The notes below the pieces were generated by a model that saw only the letters and a list, made by a program, of their open reading frames with translations, did not search any database and was not told the DNA's origin. 64,000 bases of DNA from contig CP068257.2 of NCBI GenBank assembly GCA_009914755.4, positions 7,008,001-7,072,000 on the forward strand, in the 5' to 3' direction. Source of the stretch: the human T2T-CHM13v2.0 reference genome, Homo sapiens. The translations under genes and the position numbers were made by a program. The stretch's first letter is position 1, and every line of letters begins with the position of its first letter. Positions 16,516 to 39,485 of this stretch are shown here, in pieces.

Positions 16516-19419
16516 ACATGATACCATGTCTAGTTAAATTTCCACAATTTCTAATATTACTTTAGTCTAATTATATAGAACCAAGAATAAAAATAAAGAA
16601 ATAGCTCTCTGCAAAAATACGGTATGATGTTAAAATAGGTGTACAAGAAATAAGAAACTATATGCTGTGTGTAACAGGGTGATTCCATGATTCCCATAAT
16701 AAGTCATCTGATGTAACAAACATTCATTTAAACAGAGGTATTATTAGTCATACTCATATGATATACAACTCAAAGTAAAAACACTTACTCAGATAAGCCT
16801 AGACCAAAATTTGTATCTCCTGTCTTGTGGGAAAGCGTTCCCAAACAACATCTTTCTGTCACTATGTATTTTTTTTTCAGATCACACCTCTCAACGTATT
16901 TATCAACTATTTCTTATTTGCAAAGTGAAAAAAAAATTAAAATTAACCCCTCCTATTTCTTTAAAATGGTTATCTCTAATAAAAGTTTTAATACTAACAT
17001 AAAACAATGATAGGTAGACAATCGCTAAGTTTTAGAAGAAAATAATACAAAAAATGAGATTCAGAATGAGAAAATTAATTTCACGAGACAGTACTCTACT
17101 TCAGATTCCAAAGCAAACTTATCCTTTGTCACAGGCTGTGCAACACTATCCAGTAGGTAGCGACACCTACAGAGCAAAAAGATATGACAAAAATGAGCAC
17201 GTTCGTTTCTTAAAAGAAAACAAAAACCATCAGTCTATACATGCATGTCCCCTCCACAAAAAAATGGTAAAACAAAGTCTGAGGAAGGTCAGTTATCCTT
17301 ATATTAAATAATATTTCTTGGTATAATTAAGATATGGCTTCTGTATTAGAAAACATTTCAGTTACCTATTTCTGCCTCCACCTCTCCCAACCTATGAAAT
17401 ATCCAATGCAGACTCACCCTTAAACCCGTAACAAATAGTGACAGGCATTACAATGGCACGGCCAGACAATAATTTGTCTTTATAAATTATCTACCCTAAA
17501 GACTAAACTGAAAATCCAATTGATATCTGAAACAACTTTTGTTACTCAACTGCAGTAAACCCGATAACCTAAAACAAGGTAGAAAAGGCACTGTGTCTTC
17601 TGCATTATCTATTTCTGATTCAAAGACTAATCTGTGTCACGGGAAAATGGGAGTCTTGGATCTTCAGCATGTAAGCTACTTAGATTGCCCATTGATTCTC
17701 TTTACTCTAGAACTCTACAGGGAGCCCCCTGAAACACTGCAAGTGTTTGAAAGCTGAGTGTAAAAAAGTCAAAGTACAAATGTACTCTGGGAATATTCCT
17801 CACAGAAGATTAAAACATTAAAAATTATAAAATGCAATTATTGTCATTATATAGATCCTGCCTTATTCAGGTCCACAAAAACCAGCAAGCTTAAGAACCT
17901 TCACAAACACTCAGATACTCAAGAGAGAGACTGCTGGAAAAGTCTCCCTCCTGAGTACTTACAGCTTCATTTCATTCATCACTATCTAAATACCTTCCTA
18001 TGGGCTCCCCCTTCTGGATCCCTCTTCTGCAGGGATCAATGGCAATCTCCAATCTACATCTTCAAATTTGTCTGTCCCCTGCAAATTCCATTCTTATCCA
18101 CTTTCATTGGGTTCAACAGCTCATTCCATTCTCATCCTTTTCCACTGTGTTCACTAGAGCCACTCCCTCTTTCTAAAACTAAAATCACTCAATGACAGAA
18201 TGATGTAAAAGAAGACTGGGTTTTGAACTAAGAAACCTGAGTGCAATTCTCATTTCTCTGATTTACTGTATCCAAATAATTTTCTCTCTTTGAGTTTCAG
18301 GTTCTCTACCTGAACAACCACTTGATCAGGATGTTAAGCAAGGATTCAAGTACTAGAAGATATTTTGTTTAGTCTCTAGGATTTCTTAACATTCTGAAAT
18401 TCTATGCACCTCTGATTTTGTCTATAGGAAAACGGGGAATATTTAGCTGCCTTAAATGAAAACTATAATAGAAGATCATAAACCCTAAGAAAAGCAGAGG
18501 AGAAAGTAAAAAGAAATCAAGAAAATATTATTAAAAAGTCACAGAAGGAAAAAAAAGAATCCAGAAAATAAGAAAAAGCTTCAGAGAACCAGGCAGGGTA
18601 CTTACTGAAAGAGAAAACCTAACTGGGTAGGTAGTAAGTAGAGAAATGAACTAGAAATATCCTTTTAATATATGCTAAATATAGTTAACATAACATGGAC
18701 TATATTTAGATATTCTCCAAGCACAGTAAGATAATATTTTTCTAGGACTGGCCTGGTCTTGCTTATGAAAAACTTAGGGTCCTGTGGCCACAGATAACTG
18801 ATAACTGCCTTTAAAACTTTGATGATTAAAAAAGAAGTAATATGGTTACCACTGCCATTTCAAAATATTTGGACAAACTTTTGGAGTAGCCAGGCTTCTA
18901 AATAACACTCTAAAGACAGTTAATATATAACAAAATGTGACTTTCTGAATTGATCCGATGTAAATCAGTACCGTGATCCCATTGCTGCATAGGCCTCTAT
19001 CCATCTATGCTTAGGGGCAAATGAAGTGATTTGAGAGCCAGGCAGGATGATGGTCTAATCTTGGGTTGGCTACCTGTTAACTGTGGAATCATGAGCCAAT
19101 ATTTCAACCTCTTTAAAGCAGAGTTGTCTATTATTAGTGAAAAAGCAATAATAGCACAAATAGTTTGTAAAGCTGTGTGAAGATGACATGACATGATAAA
19201 TGTTAAGCATGTAATATGGTGTCTAGCACAGAGTAGAACACTAAACAGATACTAGTTTCTATTCTCTCTATTCACTTAGTTAACATATCACTTTAAAAAA
19301 TCTGTGAAATCATACCTGTCAAAACACTCTTCAACAGGAGGAAGCACTATGAAAGAAAAAGTAAAATGCATTTTAAATCAACAATAGAAAACTACAGAGT
19401 ACTAAAAACATAAAAGAAC

Positions 19420-19545
19420 ACAGTGTCTTGTTCCTATAATTCCAGCTACTCAGAAGGCTGAGGCAGAAGTATAACTTGAGAAGCCCAGGAGTTTGAGACC
19501 AGCCTGGGCAAAATAGCAAGACTCTATCCTTATAAAAATAATAAT
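19420..19545 (+). mobile_element. Alu right-arm fragment
   Basis: 'ttcctataattccagctactcagaaggctgaggcagaagtataacttgagaagcccaggagtttgagaccagcctgggcaaaatagcaagactctatcc'. The paralog at 25437-25555 predates the duplication. Confidence 0.8.
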
Positions 19546-19557
19546 AATAATCAACAA

Positions 19558-30350
<10,793 letters not shown>

Positions 30351-30539
30351 TGAGTTCAGTTATACTTAGAGTCATAATTTAAAAAATCATTTTCTTTGTA
30401 CTCATGAAGGCTCCTAATATTCCTACATTTCCCGTATTCAGCAGTTCAGCTCTTTTGCCATCTTTTTCCACTTTTGCAAAAACATACATGTCAAAGAAAT
30501 CATGCATAATCAGATTCCCATGTAAATAAGGTAAACAAA

Positions 30540-32727
30540 ATCTCTAAATCACAAGACTTCTTTTCTTATTAATAACCAACCAAATATATACATATACATA
30601 TGTACTATATCTATATATAGATATGTCATGATTGCCAAGAATATTGGTAGTTTTTTTTTAGTACTCAAGATATACATTCTTTTACTACTTTGTTTCTAAA
30701 GCTAGTTTGAAATAATATACCATAGGGGTCTCTCAGGTATGAAATTACTACTTCAGCAAGCACAGCTTTCCTAAAGAAAAAACTTTTTCTAGATTAAGCT
30801 GCATCCCAATATGCTAACTGACGTGAATGAAGCACATATCATTGATGTGCAAAACTTCTAGGGAGAAGAAGTGAAACCCTGGGGGTCACCCTCATCCTTC
30901 TAACTTCCGCTTTCCATTAAGTGACTCCCCACAAGTCTCCTCATCAGAAGACTCCAAATTACCTAGCTAGCTGCTTTCTTTGTTCTACCCAGTTTGACAT
31001 ACACTCTTTTTCATTCATAAATCTAATATCCATATTGGTGGACTTCATTCGTTGCCCTCCACTTTCATTTCTTCATTATTCTCACCACTACTGTATTCTG
31101 ACATCTGTACAATCCCATTCTGACACATGTGAAGATAAGGTTTTGCTTTATTAAAATGTTAAATGTATCAGACACTTGACTAACGTGTACAAATTCCTTC
31201 TTCACAAAAGCAGCGCCATGGCCTTCTCTCTCCCATAGACACTTTCACAGCTGTTCTTCACTCACATCGGTTTGAGTATCATCTCTCATTTTGGCTCTAT
31301 ACTTTCACCTCATATCATGAGTTATTATCATAGGCTCAGCAGCCTATCTTACCTATTTTCCTCTCCAGGAGACAGTACTGAGTAGTAAATTAGAATCTTC
31401 CAGGATATGAACACTTTCACGTACAAAAGACTTTGTGGAGCTATTTTATGTCTAACTACGCATAAAACCACTATGTCTATGCCTTCCAGAGAAACGGGCT
31501 CTGAAATGTTATTGAACATAACCTATTTAAAAACTTCTTTAACTACAACGACACTGCCTCTCCTCAATGAACCAACATCTTCAGAAATAACTTGTGAAGA
31601 CTTGAAAACATGTCAGTAATTGACATGAAAAATGAAGAATGATGTAATTTTTTGCATGTATAAATAAGTTACGCTGAGATCCTTACTAGATCCAAGAAGA
31701 GCAGAGTGCTATGAGACAGGAAATAAATGTGGAACAGAAATATTTTCGTTTGTAATGAAAATTATTCTATTTACAGTTTTCAGAAGAGAAAAAAATACAC
31801 ACAGATACACACACACACACACATTCACACACAAAAACCAGAGCAATATGGCTTTACAGGGTGTTTTTTCTTCAAGGGCCTATTTGTCATTTGACATCCG
31901 GGAACACTCTGTGGGGATCAACAAAGGGGTTCTAAATTGTGACCTGAGTAGTTTAGAGTTTAACATTCATGAGGGGGAGCCAAGAGAACAAGTAACACTT
32001 TGACCATCGGCCATTTCCTCTCCTTACTGTCATTCTCTGAAAAGCATACACTGGATTTTCTCAGGGTCATGACATGTCAAAAAGACATACTTTAAGGGGG
32101 AAACAGTTGCAATCAACACAGCCATGGGAGAGATACAGCTATGCTTGCTAGGATTTCTAATACTTCTGTTTCATTTCTAATATAGTACAAATCAATAAAA
32201 GCAACCACGTAAGCATATCCATGCTGGTATGTCATCATATTTATGACCATATGGTATCAGCATGAAGAAAGCATAATTAAATATGCTGCAGTCATCACAT
32301 GGCATATCATTAGATCATACAATAAATCAAATACCTCGCTGGGTCAATGTGGATAGATCTGAAATATATATCACTGATTTTGCAAAGACCAAGTTGCAGT
32401 CATTGTGTGCACTGTCTGAACTTTTCTACAAGGTTTTAATACACAAAATCAAGTTCTACAGGTTATCTATGAATGTGCACATATGTTGTAAGAGGTTTTT
32501 AATGTGTATTTGGGTGATTTTCTTTTTTTAAAAAAAAATTTAATTCAAGTTCTTGGTTAGATGTCGTCAATAAGTTTTAGTAGTACAGAAAACCCTAAGA
32601 CCATAACAGCTCAGAATGACTGTCTTAAAAGGCTATGTCTACCAAAGAGTCAGAAAAGCACGACTACTTACTTTCTTCATTTTTAAAACTCAGAGGTACC
32701 CCACGCACACTCCCAAATAAAACTGCA
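30540..32727. repeat. A-family copy A4 (paralog of A1)
   Basis: An estimated 92% identical to 1-2139 across about 2.2 kb, including the (CA)n tract. ORFs 32283-32531 versus 1788-2033 in the track are paralogous artefacts. Confidence 0.85.
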
Positions 32728-33765
32728 CACAAGTTCTTTAGTTTAATTAGATCCCATTTGTCAATTTTGGCTTTTGTTGCCATTGCTTTTGGTGTTTTAG
32801 TCATGAAGTATTTGCCCATGCCTATGTCCTGAATGGCACTGCCTAGGTTTTCATCCAGGGTTTTTACATATTTAGAACTGACTTTTAAGACTTTAATGCA
32901 TCTTGAGTTAATTTTTGTATAAAGTGTAAGGAAGGGGTCCAGTTTCAGTTTCCTGCATAAGGTTAGCCAGTTTTCCCAACACCATTTATTAAATAGGGAA
33001 TCCTTTCCCCATTGCTTTTGTCAGGTTTGTCAAAGATCAGATGGTGTAGATGTATGGCATTATTTATGAGGCCTCTGTTCTGTTGCATTGGTCTATATAT
33101 CTCTTTTGGTACCAGTACCATACTGTTTTCATTACTGTGGCCTAGTAGTATAGTTTGAAGTCAGGTAGCATGATGCCTCTAGCTTTGTTCTTTTTGCTTA
33201 GGATTGTCTTGGCTATGTGGGCTCTTTTTTTGGTTCCATATGAAATTTAAAGTAGTTTTTTCTAATTCTGTGAAGAAAGTCAATGGTAGCTTGATGGGTA
33301 TAGCATTGAACCTACAAATTACTTTGGGCAGTATGGCCATTTTCAAGATATTGATTCTTCCTATCCATAAGCATGGAATGTTTTTCCATTTGTTTGTGTC
33401 CTCTTATTTCCTTGAGTGGTGGTTTGTAGTTCTCCTTAAAGAGGTCCTTCAAATCCCTTGTGAGTTGTATTCCTTGTTATTTTATTCTCTTTGTAGCAAT
33501 TGTGTATGGGAGTTCACTCATGATTTAGTGCTCTATTACTGGTGTATAGGAAGGCTTGTGAATTTTGCACATTGACTTTGTATCCTGAGACTATGAGGAA
33601 GTTGCTTATCAGCTGAAGGAGATTTGGGGCTGAGACGATTTGGTTTTCTAAATATACAATCATGTCATCTGCAAACAGAGACAACTCGACTTCCTTTCTT
33701 CCTATTTGAATACCGTTTATTTCTTTCTCTTGCCGATTACCCTGGCCAGAACTTCCAAGACTATG
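32728..33765 (-). mobile_element. inverted L1 ORF2 segment, same twin-primed element as in A1
   Basis: Minus ORF 33514-33783 reads '[41 protein letters not shown]'. It has the same inversion junction sequence as 3190-3200 ('cttccaa.ac.at|atcagagtgaacagg'). Confidence 0.85.
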
Positions 33766-34229
33766 ATCAGAGTGAACAGGCAACCTACAGAATGGGAGGA
33801 AATGTTTGCAATCTGTCCATCTGACAAAGGCCTAATATCTAGAATCTACAAGGAACTTTAACAAATTTACAAGAAAAGAACAAACAATCTCATCAAAAAG
33901 TGGGCAAAGGATATGAACAGACACTTCTCAAAAGAATACATTTATGCAGCCAGCAAACATCTGAAAAAAAGCTCATCATCACTGATGATTAGAGAAATGC
34001 AAATCAAAACCACAATGAGATACAATCTCACGCCATTTAGAATGGCAATTGTTAAAAGCTCAGGAAACAACAGATGCTGGAGCAGATGTGGAGAAATAGG
34101 AATGCTTTTACACTGTTGGTGGGAGTGTGAATTAGTTCAACCATTGCGGAAGGCAGTGTGGTGATTCCTCAAGGATCTAGAAACGGAAATACCATTTGAG
34201 CCAGTAATCCCACTACTGGGCATGTACTC
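33766..34229 (+). mobile_element. direct L1 segment (ORF2 C-terminal region), cut off by satellite after about 465 bp
   Basis: 'atcagagtgaacaggcaacctacagaatggga' through 'ccatttgagccagtaatcccactactgggcatgtactc', then (GT)n(AT)n and ATTCC repeats. The A1 copy continues another 490 bp or so to its tail. Confidence 0.85.
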
Positions 34230-34262
34230 GGTGTGTGTGTGTGTACATATATATATATATAT
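34230..34262. repeat. (GT)n(AT)n dinucleotide tract at the L1/satellite junction
   Basis: 'ggtgtgtgtgtgtgtacatatatatatatatatat'. Confidence 0.9.
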
Positions 34263-37200
34263 ATGATTCCATTGCATTCGATTCCATTACATTAGACTCC
34301 ATTCCGTTCAAGTTCATTCCATTCGAGTCCATTCGATTCCAGTGAATTGCATTCGAGTCCATTACATTTGATTCCATTCCATTCCATTCCATTATATTCG
34401 ATTCCATTCCATTCCAATCCATTCCATTCGATTTAATTCCATTCAATTGCATTCCATTCGATTGCATTCCATTCGATTGCATTCTATTCGATTTCATTCC
34501 ATTCGATTGCATTCCATTCGATTGCATTCCATTCGAGTTCATTCCATTCCAGTCCAATCCATTAGAGTCCATTCCATTCCAGTCTACTGTATTCAATTCT
34601 ATTCCATTCCATTCCACTCGATTCCATTCCACTCGATTCCATTCTATTTGATTCTATTCCATTCCATTCCATTGCATTCAATTCTATTCCATTCCATTCG
34701 ATTCCTTTCTTTTTGGGTTCATTCCATTCTAGTCCACTCCATTCCAGTCCACTCCAATCAAATCCATTTCATTCCATTCCAGAAGATTCCATTCCATTCA
34801 AGTCCATTCCAGTCGCTTCCAATCCATTCCATTCAAGAAGATTCCATTCCATTCAAGTCCATTCCAGTCGATTCCATTCCATTCCATTCCATTGCATTCC
34901 ATTCGATTGTATTCCATTCAATTCCATTCCATTAGAATAGATTCCATTCCATTCTATTCCATTCCATTCGATTCATTTCCTTTCGAGTCCATTCCATTCG
35001 AGTCCATTCCAATCAAGTCCATTCCATTCCAGTCCATTCCATTCGATTCCATTCCATTCGATTCTATTCCATTTGATTCCATCCCGTTTGATTCCATTCC
35101 ATTCGATTGCATTCCATTCGAGTCCATCCAATTGAATCCATTCCATTTGCATCCATTCTATTCGAATCCATTCCATTCGTGTCCATTCCATTCCATTCCC
35201 TTTGAGTCCATTCCATTCGATTCCATTCCATTCCAGTCCATTCCATTCGGTTCCATTCCATTCCTTTCCATTCCATTCGATTCCATTCCATTCGATTAGA
35301 TTCCATTCGAGACTGTACTATTACACTCCATTCGATTCCATTCCATTCGATTCCATTCCATTCGATTCCATTCCATTCGATTCCATTCCATTCGATTCCA
35401 TTCCATTGCATTCCATTCCATTCCATTCGTTTCCATTCCATTCAATTCCATTCCTTTCGGTTCAAATCCTTTCCATTCAATTCTATTCCATTCAATTCCA
35501 TTTCATTCGATTCCATTCCTTTCCAGTCCATTCCATTCAAGTCCATATCATTCCAATCCATTCCCTTTGAGTCCATTCCATTCCAGTCCATTCCACTACA
35601 GTTCATTCCATCCCATTGGATTACATTCCATTTGAATGCATACCATTCGATTACATTCCATTCGAGTACATTGAATTCCATTCCATTCCATTCCATACCA
35701 TTCCATTCCATTCGATTGCATTCCATTCAAGTCCATTTCATTTAATTCCATTCCATTCCGGTCGATTACATTCGAGTACAATCCACTCTATTCCATTCCA
35801 TACCATTCCATTCCATTCGAGGCGATTCCTTTCAAGTCCATTGCATTGCAGTCCGTTCCATTTGATTCCATCCCATTTGATTCCATCCCATTCGAGTCCA
35901 TTCCATTCAAGTCCGTACCATTCTATTCCATTGCTTTCCTTTCCTTTCCTTTCCATTCCATTCCATGCAAGTCCATTCCATGCGAGTCCTTTCCATTCCA
36001 GTCCATTCCATTCAATTTCGATTGCATTCCATTCCATTCTAATCCGTTCCATCCGATTGCATGCCATCCGATTGCATGCCATCCGATTTGATCCCATTCT
36101 GTTCTATTCCATTCCATTCGATTCCTCTTCCTTTCGAGTCCATTCCATTCTAGTCCATTCCATTCCAGTCCATTCCATTCGAGTCCATTCCATTCCATTC
36201 TAGTCCATTCCATTCCATTAGATTCCAGTGCATTTTATGCCATTCCACTCGATTCCATTCCATTCCAGTCCAGTCCATTCGATTCCATTCCATTCAAATC
36301 AATTCCATTCCAATCCATTCCATTCCATTCTATTCCATTCCATTAAATTCGAATCCATTCCATTCCATTCTATTCCATTCCATTAAATTTGAATCCATTC
36401 CATTCCATTCCAGTCCATTCCTTTCAAGTCCATTCCATTCCATTCCATTCCGTTTGAATTCATTCCATTCCATTCCATTTGATTTCATTCCATTCCATTC
36501 CATTTGATTCCATTCCATGCCATTCCATTCAATTCAATTCCTTTCCATTCCATTCGATTCCATTCCATTTGATTCTATTCCATTCCATTCCATTCTTTGC
36601 AATTCCATTACATTCGAGTCCAATGCATTCCCTTCCATTCCATTCCTTTCCATTCCAGTCCATTCCAGTCCAGTCCATTCCATTCGGATCCATTCCATTT
36701 CATTCCATTGCTTTGAATTCCATTCCATACCCTTCCAGTCCAGTCCATTCCATTCGAGTCCATTCCATTCGAGTCCATTCCAATTGATTCCCTTTCATTT
36801 GATTCCATTCCATTCGTTTGCATTCCATTCGATTCCATTCAATTAGATTCCATTCCAGTCGTTTCCATTCCATTCGAGTCCATTCCATTCAAGTCCATTC
36901 CATTCCAATCCATTACCTTCGAGTCTATTCCATTCCATTCTATTCCATTCCATTCAATTCCATTCCTTTCGATTCCATTCCATTTGAGTCCATTCCATTC
37001 CTGTCCATTCCATTCAATTCCATTTCATTCCAGTCCATTCCATTCCTTTCCATTCCATTCCATTCAAGTCCATTCCATTCCATTGCATTCAATTCCATTC
37101 CATTCCATTTGATTCCATGCCATTCCAGTCCATTCCTTTTGAGTCCATTCCATTCCATTCCTTTCGAATCCATTCCATTCCATTCCATGTCATTCCATTC

Positions 37201-38000
37201 CATTGTATTCCATTCCATTCCATTCCCTTCGAATCCATTCCATTCCATTCCGTTTCCTTCCATTTGATTCCATAACATTTGATTCGATTCAATTCCTTTC
37301 CATTCCAATCCATTCCATTCCATTCCATTAAATTCTATTCCATTCCATTTGATTCCATTTCACTCGAGTCCATTCCATTCAAGTCCATTCCATTCCAGGT
37401 CATTTCATTCGAGTCCGTTCCATTCCATTCCATTCCATTCCTTTTGGGACCATTCCATTACTGTCCATTCCATTTGAATCCATTCCATTCCAGTCCATTA
37501 CATTTGATTCCATTCCATTCGATTGCTTTCCATTCCAGTCCATTCCATTTGAGTCCATTCTATTTCCATTCCTTTTGATTCCATTCCATTCCATTCGAGT
37601 CCATTCCATTCCACTCGATTGCAGTCCATTCGAGACCGTTCCATTCCGATCCATTCAATTCTAGTCCATTCCATTCGATTACTTTTCATTAGATTCCATT
37701 TCATTTGATTCCATTCCATTCGAGTCCATTCCATTCCATTCCATTCGATTCCATTCCATTCGATTGCCTTCCATTCCAGTCCATTCCATTTGAGTCCATT
37801 CCATTTCCATTCCTTTTGATTCCATTCCATTCCATTCGAGTCCATTCCATTCCACTCGATTGCAGTCCATTCGAGACCGTTCCATTCCAATCCATTCAAT
37901 TCGAGTCCATTCCATTCGATTACATTTCATTAGATTCCATTTCATTTGATTCCATTCCATTCGAGTCCATTCCATTCCATTCCATTCCATTCGAATCCAT
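34263..38000. repeat. HSat3-type (HSat2/3 superfamily) pentameric satellite. It reads (ATTCC)n on the plus strand, which is (GGAAT)n on the minus strand.
   Basis: Several kb of 'attccattccattcgattcc / cattcgagtccattcc'. It contains a local about 241-bp higher-order duplication (37480-37720 and 37720-37960). Overlapping stop-free ORFs such as MEWNGMEWNG and HSIPFHSI in the track are repeat artefacts. Confidence 0.9.
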
Positions 38001-39485
38001 TCTATTCCATTCCATTCCATTCCATAACACTCTGTTCCACTTTACTCCACTCACTACATTAAATTCCATTATATCCAATTCCATTCCACTCCGTTCCACT
38101 CCTCTCCTCTCCACTGCACTCCACTGCACTCCATTCCACTCCATCCCATTCCATTCTGCTCCATTCCACTGCAATCCACTCCACCCCACTCATCTCCACT
38201 TCATTCCATTCCATTCCATCCCATTCCATTCCTCTCCATTCCAGTCCACTCTACTTCACCTCACTCCACTCCACTCTAGTCCACTCCATTCCATTCCATT
38301 CGATTCCACTGCATTCCACGCTATTCCTTTCTTTCAAAAGTATCTCACTCTGTCACCCTGCCTGCAGCACAGTGGCACAATCTCAGCTCACATTTCATTT
38401 CACCATTCCATTCCATTCCACTCCACTCTACTCCACTCCACTCCAATCCATTCCACTCCACTCCTTTCCATTCCATCCCATTCCATTCCACTCCTTTCCA
38501 CTCCACTCCACTCCATTCCATTCCATTCCACTGCATTCCATTCCACTTTACTCCAGTCCACTCCACTCCGTTTCATTCCACTGCATTACATTCCACTCTT
38601 TTCCATTCCATTCCATTTCATTCCACTCCATTCCATTCTACTCCCCTCCACTCCTCTCCACCACATTCCACTCCACTCCACTCCACTCCATTCCATTCCC
38701 TTCCATTACATTCCATTCCATTGCATTCCACTCCACTCCACTCCATTCCTCTCCATTCCATTCCACTCCATTCCATTCCACTCCACTCCATTCCATTCCA
38801 TTGCATTCCACTCCACTCTGCTCCACTCCACTCCACTTCACTCCACTCCATTTCATTCCATTCCACTTCACTCCATTGCATTCCATTCCTTTCTTTCGAC
38901 AGGATATCACTGTGTCACCCAGGCTGGAGTGCAGTGGCACAATCTCTGCTCACATTACATGTCAACTTTCCATTTCATTGCATTATATTCCATTGCATTC
39001 TATTGAATTCCATTGCATTCCATTGCATTCCATTGTATTCCATTCCATTCCGTTCCACTCCACTCCACTACATTCTATAACATCCGATTACATTCCACTC
39101 CTCTCCACTCCACTGCTCTCCCCACCACTCCATTCCACTCCATCCCATTCCATTCCACTCCATTCCACTGGACTCCGCTCCACCCCACTCCACTCCACTT
39201 CATTCCATTCCTTTCTATCCCATTCCATTCCTCTCCATTCCACTCCACTCCACTTCACTCCACTCCACTCCAGTCCACTCCATTCCATTCCACTGCATTC
39301 CATTCCTTTCCTTTCTTTTGAGAGTATCTCACTCCATCACCCAGCCTGGAGAGCAGTGGCACAATCTCAGCTGACATTTCATTTCACCATTCAATTCCAA
39401 TCCATTCAGTTCCATTCCGCTCCACTCCACTCCACTGCAATCCATTCCACTCCACTCCATTCCATTCCACTCCACTCCTTTCCAA
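38001..39485. repeat. divergent HSat3-like subdomain (CCACT/CCATT pentamers) carrying three copies of an Alu-derived segment of about 55-75 bp
   Basis: Pentamer shifts to 'ccactccactccattccattcc'. Alu fragments 'tctcactctgtcaccc.gcctg.ag.acagtggcacaatctc.gctcacat' at about 38327-38405, 38884-38985 and 39303-39395, spaced about 557 and 419 bp apart. Confidence 0.75.
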
